A DNA stretch of 64,000 bases, from assembly GCF_004010195.1 (NCBI RefSeq), contig NC_057757.1, forward strand, positions 3,419,851 to 3,483,850, written 5' to 3'. Source of the stretch: Chiloscyllium plagiosum (taxonomy: Eukaryota). Positions 26,305-38,270 of the stretch are shown here, piece after piece. Below the pieces are notes generated by a model. That model did no database searches. It had not been told where the DNA came from and saw only the letters and a program-made list of their open reading frames with translations. A program made the position numbers and the translations under genes. Position 1 is the first letter of the stretch. The number at the start of each line of letters is the position of its first letter.

Positions 26305-26950
26305 TTGGAATATTGCATTCAATTCTGGTCTCCCTGCTATTGGAAAGTTTTTAAAATTCCTTTGTGGGATGCCAAGTGGCTAGCACTTATTGCCTGTCCC
26401 CCGTTGTCCTTGAGAAGGTGGTGGTGAGCTGCCTTCTTGAACCGCTGCAGTCCACATGTTGTTAAACTTGAAAGGGTTCAGAAAATATTTACAAGGATGT
26501 TGCCGGCGTTGGAGGGATTGAGCTGTAGGGAGAGGCTGAATAGGCTGGGGCTTTTTTCCCTGGAGCGTTGGAGGCTGAGGGGTGACCTTAGAGAGGTTTA
26601 TAAAATCATGAGGGGCATAGATAGGGTAAATAGCCAAGGCCTTTTCCTCCCAAGGTAGGGGAGTCCAAAACTAGAGGGCTTAGGTTTAAGGTGAGCAGGG
26701 AAAGATATAAAAGGGACCTAAGGAGCAACTTTTACCCGCAGAGGGTGGTACGTGTATGGAACGAGCTGCCAGAGGAAGTGGTGGAGGCTGGTACAGTTAC
26801 AACATTTAAAAGGCATCTGGATGTTTATATGAATAGGAAGGATTTAGAGGGGTATGGGCCATGTGCTGGCAAATGGGACTGGATTAAATTAGGCTATCTG
26901 GTTTGGATGGACGAGTTGGGCCGAAGGGTCTGTTTCTGTGCTGTATGACT
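26305..26950 (+). mobile_element. CR1 3' fragment
   Basis: ORFs 26437-26658 and 26691-26948. Confidence 0.9.
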
Positions 26951-27074
26951 CCAAGTGGGGTCTAACTAGGGTTCTGTATAACTGAGGCATAACTTCTGCA
27001 TCCTTGTACTCCAGTACTGTGGATATAAAGGCTAGCATTGGGCACCAGCCACCTGAATCTGTTCTCGAGAAAAT

Positions 27075-27372
27075 GAATGGCACGGTGGCACTGCTACCTC
27101 ACAGCGCCAGAGACCCGGGTTCGATTCCTGCCTCAGGTGACTGACTGTGTGGAGTTTGCACATTCTCCCCGTGACTGCGTGGGTTTGCTCCGGTTTCCTC
27201 CCACAAATTAAAAAATGTGCAGGTTAGGTGTATTGGCCATGCTAAATTGCCCGTAGTGATAGGTTAAGGGGTAAATGTAAGGGAATGAGTCTGGGTGGGT
27301 TCCGTTTCAGCGGTTCGATGTGGGCTTGTTGGGCCGAAGGGCCTGTTTCCACACTGTAAGTAATCTAATCTA
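27075..27372 (+). mobile_element. Near full-length HE1-type SINE
   Basis: ggcacggtggc head, GGTTCGATTCC B-box and (AATCT)n tail. Confidence 0.9.
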
Positions 27373-28528
27373 AAAGGAATGACCGGGTCAGCCCTTTCTC
27401 TCCCAGTTCTGCCCTATCTGTACGATGATCTCTGAATGGAAGGTATTAGCTGATGATAGCCTCTCAAATGTTGACCCAAAACTGTGGCATGCCAAAATAT
27501 ACTGGTAACAAAGGCGAGGACCTGCAAGCTACTAGACAGTAGCAACTTCAGGCGTCCTTCTAAACATAACAGACGCTAAAAACTTGAATTGGAAAAGCCA
27601 TTCAGAGTGGCTGTCGCAGCATGAAAATCACAGAATCTCCAACAGCGCAGGAAGGCGCTATTTGACAGAGCTGAAAGTCAAAATCGAAGAACCATAAGAA
27701 CTGCGGATGCCGCAAATCAGAAATGAAAACAGAAGTTGCTGGAGAATCTCAGCAGGGCCTAACAGCATCTGTGGAAAGAAAGCAAAGTTAACGTTTCGGG
27801 TCCAGTAACCCTACTTCAGAACATTTTGGGAGCAGTCTTCAGAACTGATTGTACAGGAAAAGGTCAGTACATGTGCTGAAGGTGGGAGCTGTGGGAGGAG
27901 TAAACAAAAGTTGAAAATAGAGCAAAGAGAGAAACAGCTGGACTGACAAAGGAGTGAATAATAGTCAGCCTGGGAGAACCAGAAGCTGCTGATGGGGACT
28001 GTTAGAGACTGACAATGGGTTGTTTGTGGTAGCAGTCCTTGTGATGCCAAGGGCTGGTGTGTGGGGGTTGAATTGAATGAGCTTTATTGTCACATATACT
28101 CAAATTATTACAGTGTGAAAATTTTACAAGTCGGCACTTATAACGCCATCTTAGGTACAAGGTACGGATTCTTCCGTATAAGTTCTGAGGTAAGAAAATA
28201 AGAAAAATGAATAAATTAAAACGTCCAGCATTACAGATCTTAGGACTAAATTAGAAAAAAAAGGGAAATAAAGAGTTCAGACTCACACCCCTTCCAACCC
28301 AGTCCCCACCTCGACTCCAGTCCATGTCGGGCTTTGACCCCAGACTGTGCCAGGCCTCACTTTGAGGCCGGGCCAGAAAACCATCATGCCAGGCTGCTGG
28401 GAAATCACCAGGCCAGGCCAAGAGAGAGTTCACCAGGCCAGGCTGGGAGACCACCACGGACCACCGAGAGACCGCCATGCCAGGCCGAGAAAGAGGAAGC
28501 CACGACAGGCCGGGAGAGGGTGCTCAGG

Positions 28529-28938
28529 CCCTGAAATTATTGCTGAAAGTGTGTTGCTGGAAAAGCACAGCAGGTCAGGCAGCATCCAAGGAGGAGGAGA
28601 ATCGACGTTTCGGGCATGAGCCCTTCTTCAGGAATGAGGAAAGTGTGCCCAGCAGGCTAAGATAAAAGGTAGGGAGGAGGGACTTGGGGGAGGAGCATTG
28701 GGAATGCGATAGGTTTCCACCTATCGCATTCCCAATGCTCCTCCCCCGAGTCCCTCCTCCCTACCTTTTATCTTAGCCTGCTGGGCACACTTTCCTCATT
28801 CCTGAAGAAGGGCTCATGCCCGAAACGTCGATTCTCCTCCTCCTTGGATGCTGCCTGACCTGCTGTGCTTTTCCAGCAACACATTTTCAGCTCTGATCTC
28901 CAGCATCTGCAGATCTCACTTTCTCCCTGAAATTATTG
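28529..28938. mobile_element. Near-perfect 173-bp-arm hairpin Penelope-derived insertion with 14-bp TSD
   Basis: Arms 28542-28714 and 28719-28891, TTCC loop. CCCTGAAATTATTG at 28529-28542 and 28925-28938. Confidence 0.9.
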
Positions 28939-29454
28939 AACTGGATGTTGAGTCCTAAAGGCCGCAGGGTCTCCAGGTGGAAAATGAGAGGCTGGTTTTC
29001 TTTTAAAAATAACAACAAAACAATATTTTTTTAAAACCATGGCAGAAATAAGAGCCAAAAAGCTGTGAGGACAAAAAGGTCTGGATCTTAAGGAAAGAGA
29101 AAGTCTGGATTTTAAGATCTTTAGCCTGCAAGTCTTGAATCGATTGTCAAGAGAAGCCAGATTCTTGCTGCCGTGACCACTACAGATCAACGGGAGGAGA
29201 TTGTTCGACACCTCAGATTGATATTGAATCTGTTTCCACTCCAGCTGCAGGCTGTACTTTTCTGTTGTGAAGGAAGTTCCCCGCAGCTCTCCCCTCTCTG
29301 ATCTTACTGGCAATGCATCCTTTGGTTGTCTGGAAATGTTAACACTGTCTACTCACGTACTCTTCCAAGAGCACGTCTTCCCTTTAAATATCCACGCCCT
29401 GTGGAAGCCTGTGATCATTGAATATTCTTAAAGTGGAGTAGCAGCCTACTGAAA

Positions 29455-29860
29455 AACCCTGCATTCCCCATCATGCCTGGGGCACTATGGGCAATTTAGC
29501 ACAGCCAATCCACCTAACCTGCACACAGAATCCAGACAGTGTGGAAGCAGGCCATTCAGTCTATCAAGTCCACACTGATTGTCTGGATAGCACCCAACCT
29601 CCCCACCCTGTAACCCCACATTCCCCCCATGGCTAATCCATGTAGCCTACACATCTCTGAACACTATGGGCAATTTGACATGGCCCATCCACGCTAACCT
29701 GTACATCTCTGGACTGCGGCAGGAAACTGGAGCACACACCCCCACGCAGACACGGGGAGAATGTGCAAACTCCGCGCAGATAGTCACCCGAGGGTGGAAT
29801 TGAACCTGGTTTCCTGGTGCTGAGAGGCAGCAATGCTAACCACTGAGGCACCGTGCCACC
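29455..29860 (-). mobile_element. HE1-type SINE(s)
   Basis: Reverse complement of HE1 core and head. Confidence 0.8.
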
Positions 29861-30249
29861 TTTTGCCTTCTGCTGCTGTTTTTTGGCTTTGGTTGCCCTC
29901 CCTCCTGCCAGCAGGAATCGTTCCTCCCAGTTTCTTCTGACTAAGTCCTTCATCAACTTACAAATTTTGAATACGTCTTCCCCACAACTTTCCCTGGTCG
30001 GAGGAGAACCTTCTCAGCATTGTCAGCCAGTGACCAAGTGTATTTAAGCAATGTGTCCACGTAAATGAAACAATTGTCATTCATAAGGGGCTTTAAAAAG
30101 AGTAAGTTGTACGAGTTGACTGTGTCTGGAATCAACACGTGTTGAGTTATAGGTGCTAGTACAGAGCAGCTGGACCAAATGGCCTGCATTTAGCCTGTAA
30201 ATTCTCTATAATCCAAAGCAGCACTGAGTCATTTCACACTCGCAGTCTT

Positions 30250-30760
30250 AAGTCATAGAGTCATACAGCACGGAAACAGACCCTTCGGCCCAACCAGTCC
30301 ATGCTGACCATAATCCCCAAACTAAACCAGTCCCACCTGCCTGCTCCTGGCTCCTATCCTTCCAAACCTTTCCTATTCATGTATTTACCCAAATATCTTT
30401 TAAACTGTACCTGCATCCAATATTCCTCTGGAAGTTCATTCCACACACGAACCACTCTATGCCGAAAACGTTGCCCCCCTGTGTCTTTTTTAAATCTTTC
30501 TCCTCTCACCCTAAAAATGTGCTCCTTGAAATCTTCCATCCTAGGGAAAAGGCACCTGTCATTCCTTTTATCTAAACTCCTAATGATTTTATAAACCTCT
30601 ACAAAGGCCACCCCTCAATCTCCTACGCTGCAGTGAAAAAACTGCTACTCTCCCTTTAACTCAAACCTTCCATTCCTGGCAACATCCTGGTAAATCTCTT
30701 CTGAACCCTCAACCTCCTCCACTCCAGTGAAGAAGTCCCAGTTTACCCAGCAGAACATAG
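30250..30760 (-). mobile_element. CR1 3' fragment
   Basis: ORF 30354-30611. Confidence 0.85.
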
Positions 30761-31554
30761 TCTTAGTCTTGTAGAACACCAAAATCTATCCCTTTATCAC
30801 AAGGGCCATTCTTTCAAGCACCCCATTCCCAACTTCTGGAATTCCTTCCTTAAATTATTCTGTCTTAACTCTCCCTCCCAACTTCCAAGAACTTTGCCAA
30901 ATGTATCCCTGCTCCTGCTCCTTTGGACTGACCGATTGTTAGAGTCACAGCAGGGCAGCTGTGGAATGAAGATACCACAGCTTTTTCGGGAGGTGGTTAA
31001 GTCCTTTATTCAATCCAAATTGTTCCCCGCTCCTTTAACAGAGAGAACTTAATCTTGGATTTAAATTCCATAGACCCGCTCCTGCAAGCCAGGCATTCAC
31101 CACAGGCTGTGTCCGGGATTGGCTTTGGAATGTGCAAGCCTCAGAAACTTGGCAAAAATGCACTGGCCCCAACCACAACCAGCCTTGAAAGGGCAGAGCT
31201 TGCACAACATTGACCACCGTCCCACCCAACACCAATATAGAAGCCAGAGTGTGACAGTGCACTTTCTAAGTGATCAATTGTGAGGAGTAAGTGGCTACAG
31301 TTAGACATATATTCAGAACCTCATTGCATCTCACTTGTCTACTGTCTCCAACCAGATACAAAGATACACGCTTCTGTATCAGAGTCAAAGGGGATAAGAG
31401 CAGTTGGTTACTGTTCAGTCATTGCTGGTCTTTGCATTCCAATCGTAAAATAGATGGGGAGTGATTCCTGTCCCTGGATTAGGACAGACCTGCCCCTTTG
31501 GATTTGATTGGATGCATTGTCTCTGTTCTTAGTTGGTGCGTTGAATGGTTTCAG

Positions 31555-32150
31555 CCTCAGGATTGGTTCATCGACTACGGTGTCTGCTCCATAATTGGTT
31601 CATTAGGCTCTGCCTCAGGATTGGTTCATTGGATGGACGTGTCTCAGAATTGGATTATTGGATGGTCCTCAGTACCTAAGGATTGGTTTGTTGGGTGGTC
31701 AGTGTTTTTGGATTGGTTCTTTGGATGGTCAGTGCCTCGGGATTGGTCCTTTGGGTGGTCAGTATTTTTGGATTGGTTCTTTGGATGGTCAGTGTCTCAG
31801 GATTGGTCCTTTGGGTGGTCAGTATTTTTGGATTGGTTCTTTGGATGGTCAGTGTCTCAGGATTGGTCCTTTGGCTGGTCAGTGTTTACAGATTGGATCA
31901 TTGGATGGTCAGTGTCTCGGGATTGGTCCTTTAGGGGGTAAGTGTCTCTGGATTGGATCATTGGATGGTCAGTGTCTCAAGATTGGTTCTTTGAGTGAAT
32001 AAGGATTGGTTTGTTGGGTGGGCAGTGTCTTAGGATTGGATCCTCAGATGGTCAGTGACTCCAACTGGGTCACTGGACGGTCAGTGTCTCAGGATTAGAT
32101 CCTCAGCTGGTCAACATCTCAAGATAAGGTGTTCCCAGGCTGAAGATTGG
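31555..32150. repeat. 30-bp minisatellite (GGATTGGTTCTTTGGATGGTCAGTGTCTCA) with 60-bp dimer structure
   Basis: About 20 units. Lines 31741 and 31801 are nearly identical. Confidence 0.95.
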
Positions 32151-32360
32151 TTCTTGAGGCTTGGCTTCAGCATTGGTGAGGATTGGTCCCCCATTGTACA
32201 TCTGAGTTAGAGATCACCAAACAAATTCTAATTCAAATAAGGAACAGACCAATTCTGAGAAAAATGGAAAAACATTCCTCTGTAGCTAGAGGTCAATACT
32301 TCCCTGAAGGGGAGGGAAGTGAATGGAGTAAATCATTGAGGAAATGTATTAAGGGAGATA

Positions 32361-32366
32361 TTTATT
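32361..32366 (-). terminator. Candidate distal poly(A) signal AATAAA
   Basis: tttatt closing a U/GU-rich, UTR-like unique block (32370-32700) on the minus strand. Confidence 0.4.
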
Positions 32367-33114
32367 TCAAATCTTATTGCAAAACACAGACACAAACACA
32401 GAACATACAAATAGCTCTATTTTTACACACTCTTACAGTGAATTGAAAAAATACAGTATCACACAAACAATATATAAAAATACACATTCTCAAGCTTAGG
32501 TAGACTGTAAACATTCATACCATACAAAAGAAAAATGAACCAATGTTGTGGCTGAATGTTTCCCAAATTCAGGACGACTGCCCATTTTTATTGCTCTTGG
32601 TTGGTCTCGGCCTGGCCAAGTCGTTTCGATGTTAAAAATGATTCCCTAACAAAAACAAATGCAGTCTTGCCTTGGAAAAGGTAGCTACTATACCTAACTC
32701 TGATGAGTTGGTGACCCAAGGCATCATTGCTACCCATAATGCCTTGTGTGTACTACAGTGGGCTCCGATTTCAGGACCAGAGGGTCAAGTCAGAAGTGAA
32801 TATAAGAACTCAGAGCAGTAGTAGCCTGTCTGACCCATCGAGCCTGCTCTGCCATTCAATGGCGAATCTTTCTCACAGACTGGGCTCCACCCGCTCACCA
32901 TAACCCTTAACTCCTTCACTGTTCCAATAGCTATCTACCCTTGCCTTCAACTGGGCAGGGAAGTCCACAGATTCATGACCCTTTGGGTGAAGAAGTTCCT
33001 CCTCAGCTCAGTCCTACATCTGGAGCTGGACAGCAGCAGAAAATAAAAACTAACCACTAATGAAATGCTTTAAATCAGCTTATGGCTTGGATGACAGATT
33101 TTGAAACATTCTTC

Positions 33115-33580
33115 ATCCATGAGTAGGAAAGATTTGGAGGGGTATGGGCCAGGAGCAGGCAGGTGAGACTAGTTTAGTTAGAATGGAATCCCTACAATGT
33201 TGAAGCAGGCCATTCAGCCCATCAAGTCCGCCACAGTCCTCTGAAGAGCATCCTCCTGTCCCTGTGACCCTGCATTTCCTATGGCTAACCCACCTAACCT
33301 GCACACTATGGGCAATTTCCCACAGCCAATCCACCCTAACCTCTACATCTTTGGACTGTGGGAGGAAACCTGAGCACCCAAAGGAAACCCATGCAGACAC
33401 GGGGAGAATGACTGTGTGGACTTTGCACAGTCGCCAGAGGCTGAAATCAAACCTGGGTCCCTGGCGCTGTGAGGCAGCAGTGCTAACCACTGAGCCACTT
33501 TGCCACCCCGTTTGGGATACTCAGCATGGACTGGTTGGACTGTTGGACTGAAGGGGTCTGTTCCTGTGCTGTATGACCCC
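33115..33580. mobile_element. CR1 tail (plus strand) with nested antisense HE1 SINE (about 33185-33510)
   Basis: CR1 3'UTR split at agtttagt / tttgggat. Confidence 0.8.
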
Positions 33581-34126
33581 TCTGGTTAAAAAGCACAAAA
33601 AGCACCCCATTTGTCTCTCCTATCCTCCAGAAATTTAGCATTTCTTTTTGCAAGTGTGGGATATTAGGCGGAGATATCCCAACAGGAACAGGATGTAGAG
33701 GGTTCAGGGCTAATCAAATTGATGTTTTCGAAGATGATTACAGAATTTCAAAGGGACAATAGGGAGAAATGTTTTCTCTGGGGTAAAGGGAAAGTCTAGA
33801 ACCAGGGCAGATGATCTTAAACTTTGAGCCAAGTCACTCAGGGTTAATACCAGGAAGTGCACCTTCACACAGAGGAGTAGGAATCTGAAATTAACTCCAT
33901 CCTCCTGCCACACGAAAAGAAATTGTGGGTTGGAGGTCAATTGAAAATTTCAACACTGCCAGGCCAGTGTACTAAGAGATGGGGAACAATAGTGTAGGTT
34001 AGATGGACTTCAGATTGTTGTGACAACCTGTGAAACCATCGAGGGCCGAAGGGCCTGTACTGCGCTGTAATGTTCTATGTTCGAATAGGCACTGGAATGA
34101 TGTGAAGTCACTCTCAAGTTGAATGG

Positions 34127-34351
34127 TGAAATAGGTTAAAAAAAAATCACACAACACTAGGTTATAGTCCAACAGGTTGTATTGGAAGCATTATCTTTCC
34201 GAGTGCTGCTCCTTCATCAGGTGGTTGTGGAGTAGCACTCTGAAAGCTAGTGCTTCAGAGTAAACCTGTTGGACTATAACCTGGTGTTGGGTGTACAAAG
34301 TTTAAAAATCACACAAGTCCAACACCGGCATCTCCAAATCATGAAATAGGT
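34127..34351. mobile_element. Palindromic Penelope-derived element (second subfamily) with 10-bp TSD
   Basis: Arms ggttatagtccaacaggtt / aacctgttggactataacc. TGAAATAGGT at 34127-34136 and 34342-34351. Confidence 0.75.
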
Positions 34352-34884
34352 GCTCTTGAGGTAGCGTCCTTACCTCCGAACCAAGATTCAAATTTAAACA
34401 CTGAAAGAACTGCGGATGCCGGGTATCAGAAACAAGAACAGAAATTGCTGGAGAAACTCAACAAGGTTGGCAGCATCCGTGGAGAGAAATCAGTTGACAT
34501 TTCACGTACAGTGAGTCTTCATCCCTTTCAATAACAGCAAGTGTCCCCTTGTCCTCATGCAGCTCCGAAGATGGTTCCGAAACATGAACTCTGATTTCCC
34601 TCCACAGGTGCTGAGTTTTTCCAGCAATTTGTTTTTCTTTTGGGCCTTGGTTCAAGCCTCACCTTCCCCAGAGGTACGTCATAATATTTCTTACCAGGTT
34701 TGTTAAGGGCAATGTCCATAACAAAGTGTGCCTTTGTGAGCAGGTTCCCCAGAAAGGGCTGAATGACCTCCCTCCAATTCCTATATTTGCAGAATGCACT
34801 CACTATATACAACAGAATGGTTGAAATCCCCACTAAAAATATCACTCGTTCCTCAATGCTCCCACTCCACCTTTGAGCTTTTTC

Positions 34885-34890
34885 TTTATT
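34885..34890 (-). terminator. Candidate proximal poly(A) signal AATAAA for SERPINE1
   Basis: tttatt on the plus strand at the end of about 1.2 kb of unique, increasingly AU-rich sequence after the stop codon. Confidence 0.55.
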
Positions 34891-36108
34891 TAAATACAAA
34901 ACAATTTCTAAAGTCAAAAGAAATAAATTACACAGATCTGAAAATATATTACAAACTACATGATGAGGTTTCATATTTTCCAAAGTGAAGCAACAGTGCA
35001 AGTTTTGGTATACAGATATATGTGTAAGTAAGAATGGAAACATCCTGCACATTCACAGTCAGCAAGCAGATAGCTGGTCCCCCAGCATTTCAACCTCTCC
35101 TCCCTCAACGATGCGGATATTAACATAGAGTCTAGGCACAGGGTAGGAACTGACAGATGACAATTGGAAATTGACATGGAGGGGAATATGGAATGGAATT
35201 TAAAGGGGGTGGGGTGAGTGTGACAGTCCATTAATGGTCCCCAAATTTGTGTTACAGGGTGTGGTGACATGCAATTTTGCATCTCCTCACATTCCCCCAG
35301 TGCCATATTTCCCACAGAGAGGCGGGGGGTGGGGGGGGGGTGGGAGGGGGGCTGGGTGGAAGAAGAGGGGGCTAGTCTAGGGATGTCACAACACACCTCT
35401 TCCTGCAGAAATGCAAGTGGGCCATTCAGGGTGTAACGGAGTTCATTCAAACCAAAAACATCCCGTATCCATCCTGACTGAACTCAGCATCGTCTTCAAT
35501 GTGGTGCATTGGTCAACGTTTACCCCTCAACCCAAGTCGCTTGACTCGCTCGTTAATGGTTATGTGGGATCTTGCTTTGTGCCCTTTGGCTGGAGAGTAA
35601 CTTGAGGTGGGGGGTCTGTGCGATAAAGGTGACAAGCAATTGGTCCAAGTGCCGCAGTGATCGAGGGCAAAGGTTTTGGGGTATTTCTGCTCAGAGCGAA
35701 GTTGGTTGGGGAGATGTCAGAATTCAATGCACCAATGGAGAGGAAGGAGGAGGAAGGGTTGCGTTGCTGGAACCAGGCACGCATGCCATTACAAACTCAG
35801 ATGGCATCAGATGTTCCGAGTGGCTGGTGATTGGATGCAGCGAGACTTCGCAATGAATGGGGATTACTCATGTGACCGTGGATTAGAAAATGACGTCTAA
35901 TGAAGGCTGAAGTTCAAGTCACAGCTGGTTAAATGAGAGCAAGGTCCAGGCACGAAATTGATATCATCCCCGGATTCCAAAAAAAATCTTCCTTCCCTCA
36001 TTGTACATTTTTCTCTCAGTTAATTCCAGTTTCTTTTTTCTACCTTCCGATGTGGGTTTCCACAGAGATGATACCTGAGTATTGTCTTTTCAGAGTTGGC
36101 ATCGTGCT

Positions 36109-36146
36109 CTACGGCTCCATGACTTGGCCCAAGAAGAGAATGGTGC
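36109..36146 (-). CDS. SERPINE1: PAI-1 final coding exon (GTILFLGQVMEP*)
   Basis: Acceptor ctctcgtttcgtag. 38 nt ending in TAG. C-terminus GQVMEP as in PAI-1 (SERPINE2 ends GQINKP). Summed CDS is 1209 nt. Confidence 0.96.
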
Positions 36147-36269
36147 CTACGAAACGAGAGGTGGGGGAGGGACGTCAATATAGAAACAAAAACTCAACCT
36201 TGCCGCACTCAGAGCCCATTGGCCTTCTGTCAAACTCCCTCGGGATTAAGTCTTCAAAGCCTCCCTGAC

Positions 36270-36820
36270 AAGGTGCAACATCTCCACCGACACGTGGGTA
36301 TCTACCCAGCTGACGAAATTCCGCAATGTCTACATATGGACCACGGACAGGCGTTATATCCGGGTGCATCAGGGGTTGGTACGGCAACTGCTCTGCCCAG
36401 GTCTGTAAGAAACTACAGAAAGTTGTGCGCACCACCCAGACCATCACGGAAGCCAACCTTCCATCTATGGACTCCATCTGCACTTCTCGCTGCTATGGAA
36501 AGGCTGCCAACATCAAAGACCCCTCCCACCCCAGGAATGCGGTCTTCCAAATTCTTTGGTACAGGCAGAGGAGATAGAAGCTTCAACACACACCAACAGA
36601 ATGAACAACAACTTCCTACCTGCTGTTATTAGACTGCTAAATGAACCTCTCTAACTTCAAATTGTGCTGATCTTGCTCTGTGCAGCTCCTGTGCAGCCAT
36701 AACCTTGTTTGCCTCACTCTGTCTAAGCACTCTGTGATCTGTATGTCCTTGTTTGCTATGATCCGCCTGCACTGCTCACAAAACAAGACTTTTCACTTCG
36801 ATACGTGTAACTACCATAAA
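36270..36820 (+). mobile_element. Rex1/L2-like LINE 3' fragment in the last SERPINE1 intron
   Basis: ISGCIRGWYGNCSAQVCKKLQKVVRTTQTI...IKDPSHP. Confidence 0.8.
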
Positions 36821-37302
36821 ACCACTTTGCGTATCTCCGTCAGACCAAGTGCTGACACAAATCCCACTCACCCTCACCCAGAAGCCCCAAAGTATGATCG
36901 CTAGGCTATTAGCCAAGAGGTTCTGGGGATCGGAGTTCAAATCACACTGCAGAAGGCTGTGGGATTGGAATCCAATAAAAATCTGGAATTGATGACCATG
37001 AAATCATTACCAATTGTTAGGGGAAAGCCCGACTCTAGGAGATGTGACTACAACCACACAGCAATGGGATGAACTACAATAAACACTGGCCTAGTCAGTG
37101 ATGCTGACACAGGAACAGAAAGAAAAATCTTCAGCATCGAAGTTGGGCAAATGGGAGTGTGCTACAGGTTAGCCATGATGGGTCAATGCCTTCCTGTTTC
37201 CAAAATGGCAGAACAAGCCCGAGCACCCACGTTCCTGTTGTCGTCCCTAGCGCTACAAGCATCCAACAGGCCACCTCCCCAACGACCCTCTTGTTGCCTT
37301 AC

Positions 37303-37386
37303 CTGTGGGGTTGTGCCGCACTAAGAAGAGGAAGGGCCTGTCGATCACAACCTCGAATGGCGCCATGCGCTCATAAAGGATGGCAG
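37303..37386 (-). CDS. SERPINE1: PAI-1 coding exon 7 ([28 protein letters not shown]), reactive centre loop
   Basis: Acceptor tttttcttcgcag, donor G|GTAAG. 84 nt. P1-P1' Arg-Met followed by AP, and serpin signature DRPFLF. Confidence 0.97.
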
Positions 37387-37899
37387 CTGCGAAGAAAAAG
37401 CAAAATGTCAGCCCATCACCGCAAATCACACAGTTCAGTTTTGCACCAGCTGTCAATAATACTTCCAGTTGAAGCCTCCTCGAATGAGACGCTGTGAAAA
37501 ACATTGAGAAATATCGGGGGCAAGGTGACAACTGTATGTAAACACTGCGGCTGTGACGAGGTAATTGCAAACACCAGCCACAGGGTGGCTCTGTGGGGGG
37601 CAAGTTGAGTGTTTCTCTCCTGCTGCCATCTTGCCTTCATGACCAAAAGCTTCTGAAGTTCAGATGCCAGGACAAAATGCCAGGCGCAGAAGTGCTCAGC
37701 TGCACTGGCATGCGAAAACGTCCCCACTGTACGGTGACACGCCATCACGGCTGAGCCCGTAATAAAGCCTAGAATGGCCTGGCACACCAAGGCAAAGGAG
37801 AGCGTTGACAGCCATGGACACTACAGAAATACAAAGAATTATTTCTGCGGGTTGAGAGACTTTGGAAGTTTGTCTCTATCCTCATTGGAATTTAGAAGA

Positions 37900-38270
37900 A
37901 TGAAGGGGTGGAGGGTGGAATCTTACAGAAACATAAAATGATGAAGGATGTACATAACATAGAAGGCTGTTTCCACTGGCGTGAGAAACTAGAACGACTG
38001 GGCACAGCCTCAAAACAAGGGGAGAGCAGGTTTAGGACTGAGTTCAGGAGGAACCTCTTCACCCAAAGGCTTGTGGAATTCCTGGCCACTGATGCAGTCG
38101 AGGCTACTTCATTGAATGTTTTTAAGGCAAAGATAAGTTTTTTTTTTAAAACTGTAAAAGGAATTAAAGGATATGATGAGCAGGAGGGTAACTGGAGCTG
38201 AGTCCATGAAAAGATCAGCCATGATCTTACTGAATGGCGGAGCAGGCTTGAAGGACCTGATGGCTCCAAG
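37900..38270 (+). mobile_element. CR1 3' fragment
   Basis: FRTEFRRNLFTQR...FKAKI. Confidence 0.8.

Noticed and set aside
27075..27140. tRNA genes (also near 3270, 25600, 38900)
   Set aside because: tRNA-derived SINE heads with no full cloverleaf.
28933..29313. 126-aa minus ORF and a plus-strand frame PASLESIVKRSQILAAV...
   Set aside because: No recognisable homology and no partner exons.
31498..32002. Trp-rich repetitive ORFs in three frames
   Set aside because: By-products of a 30-bp minisatellite. No splice or codon evidence.
34357..34364. let-7 8mer site on the minus strand
   Set aside because: It lies in a repeat fragment and is only relevant if the long UTR is real.
34555..35900. ORFs of 159-165 aa after the SERPINE1 stop
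   Set aside because: They lie in or just past the probable 3'UTR, have non-protein-like composition and run into repeats.
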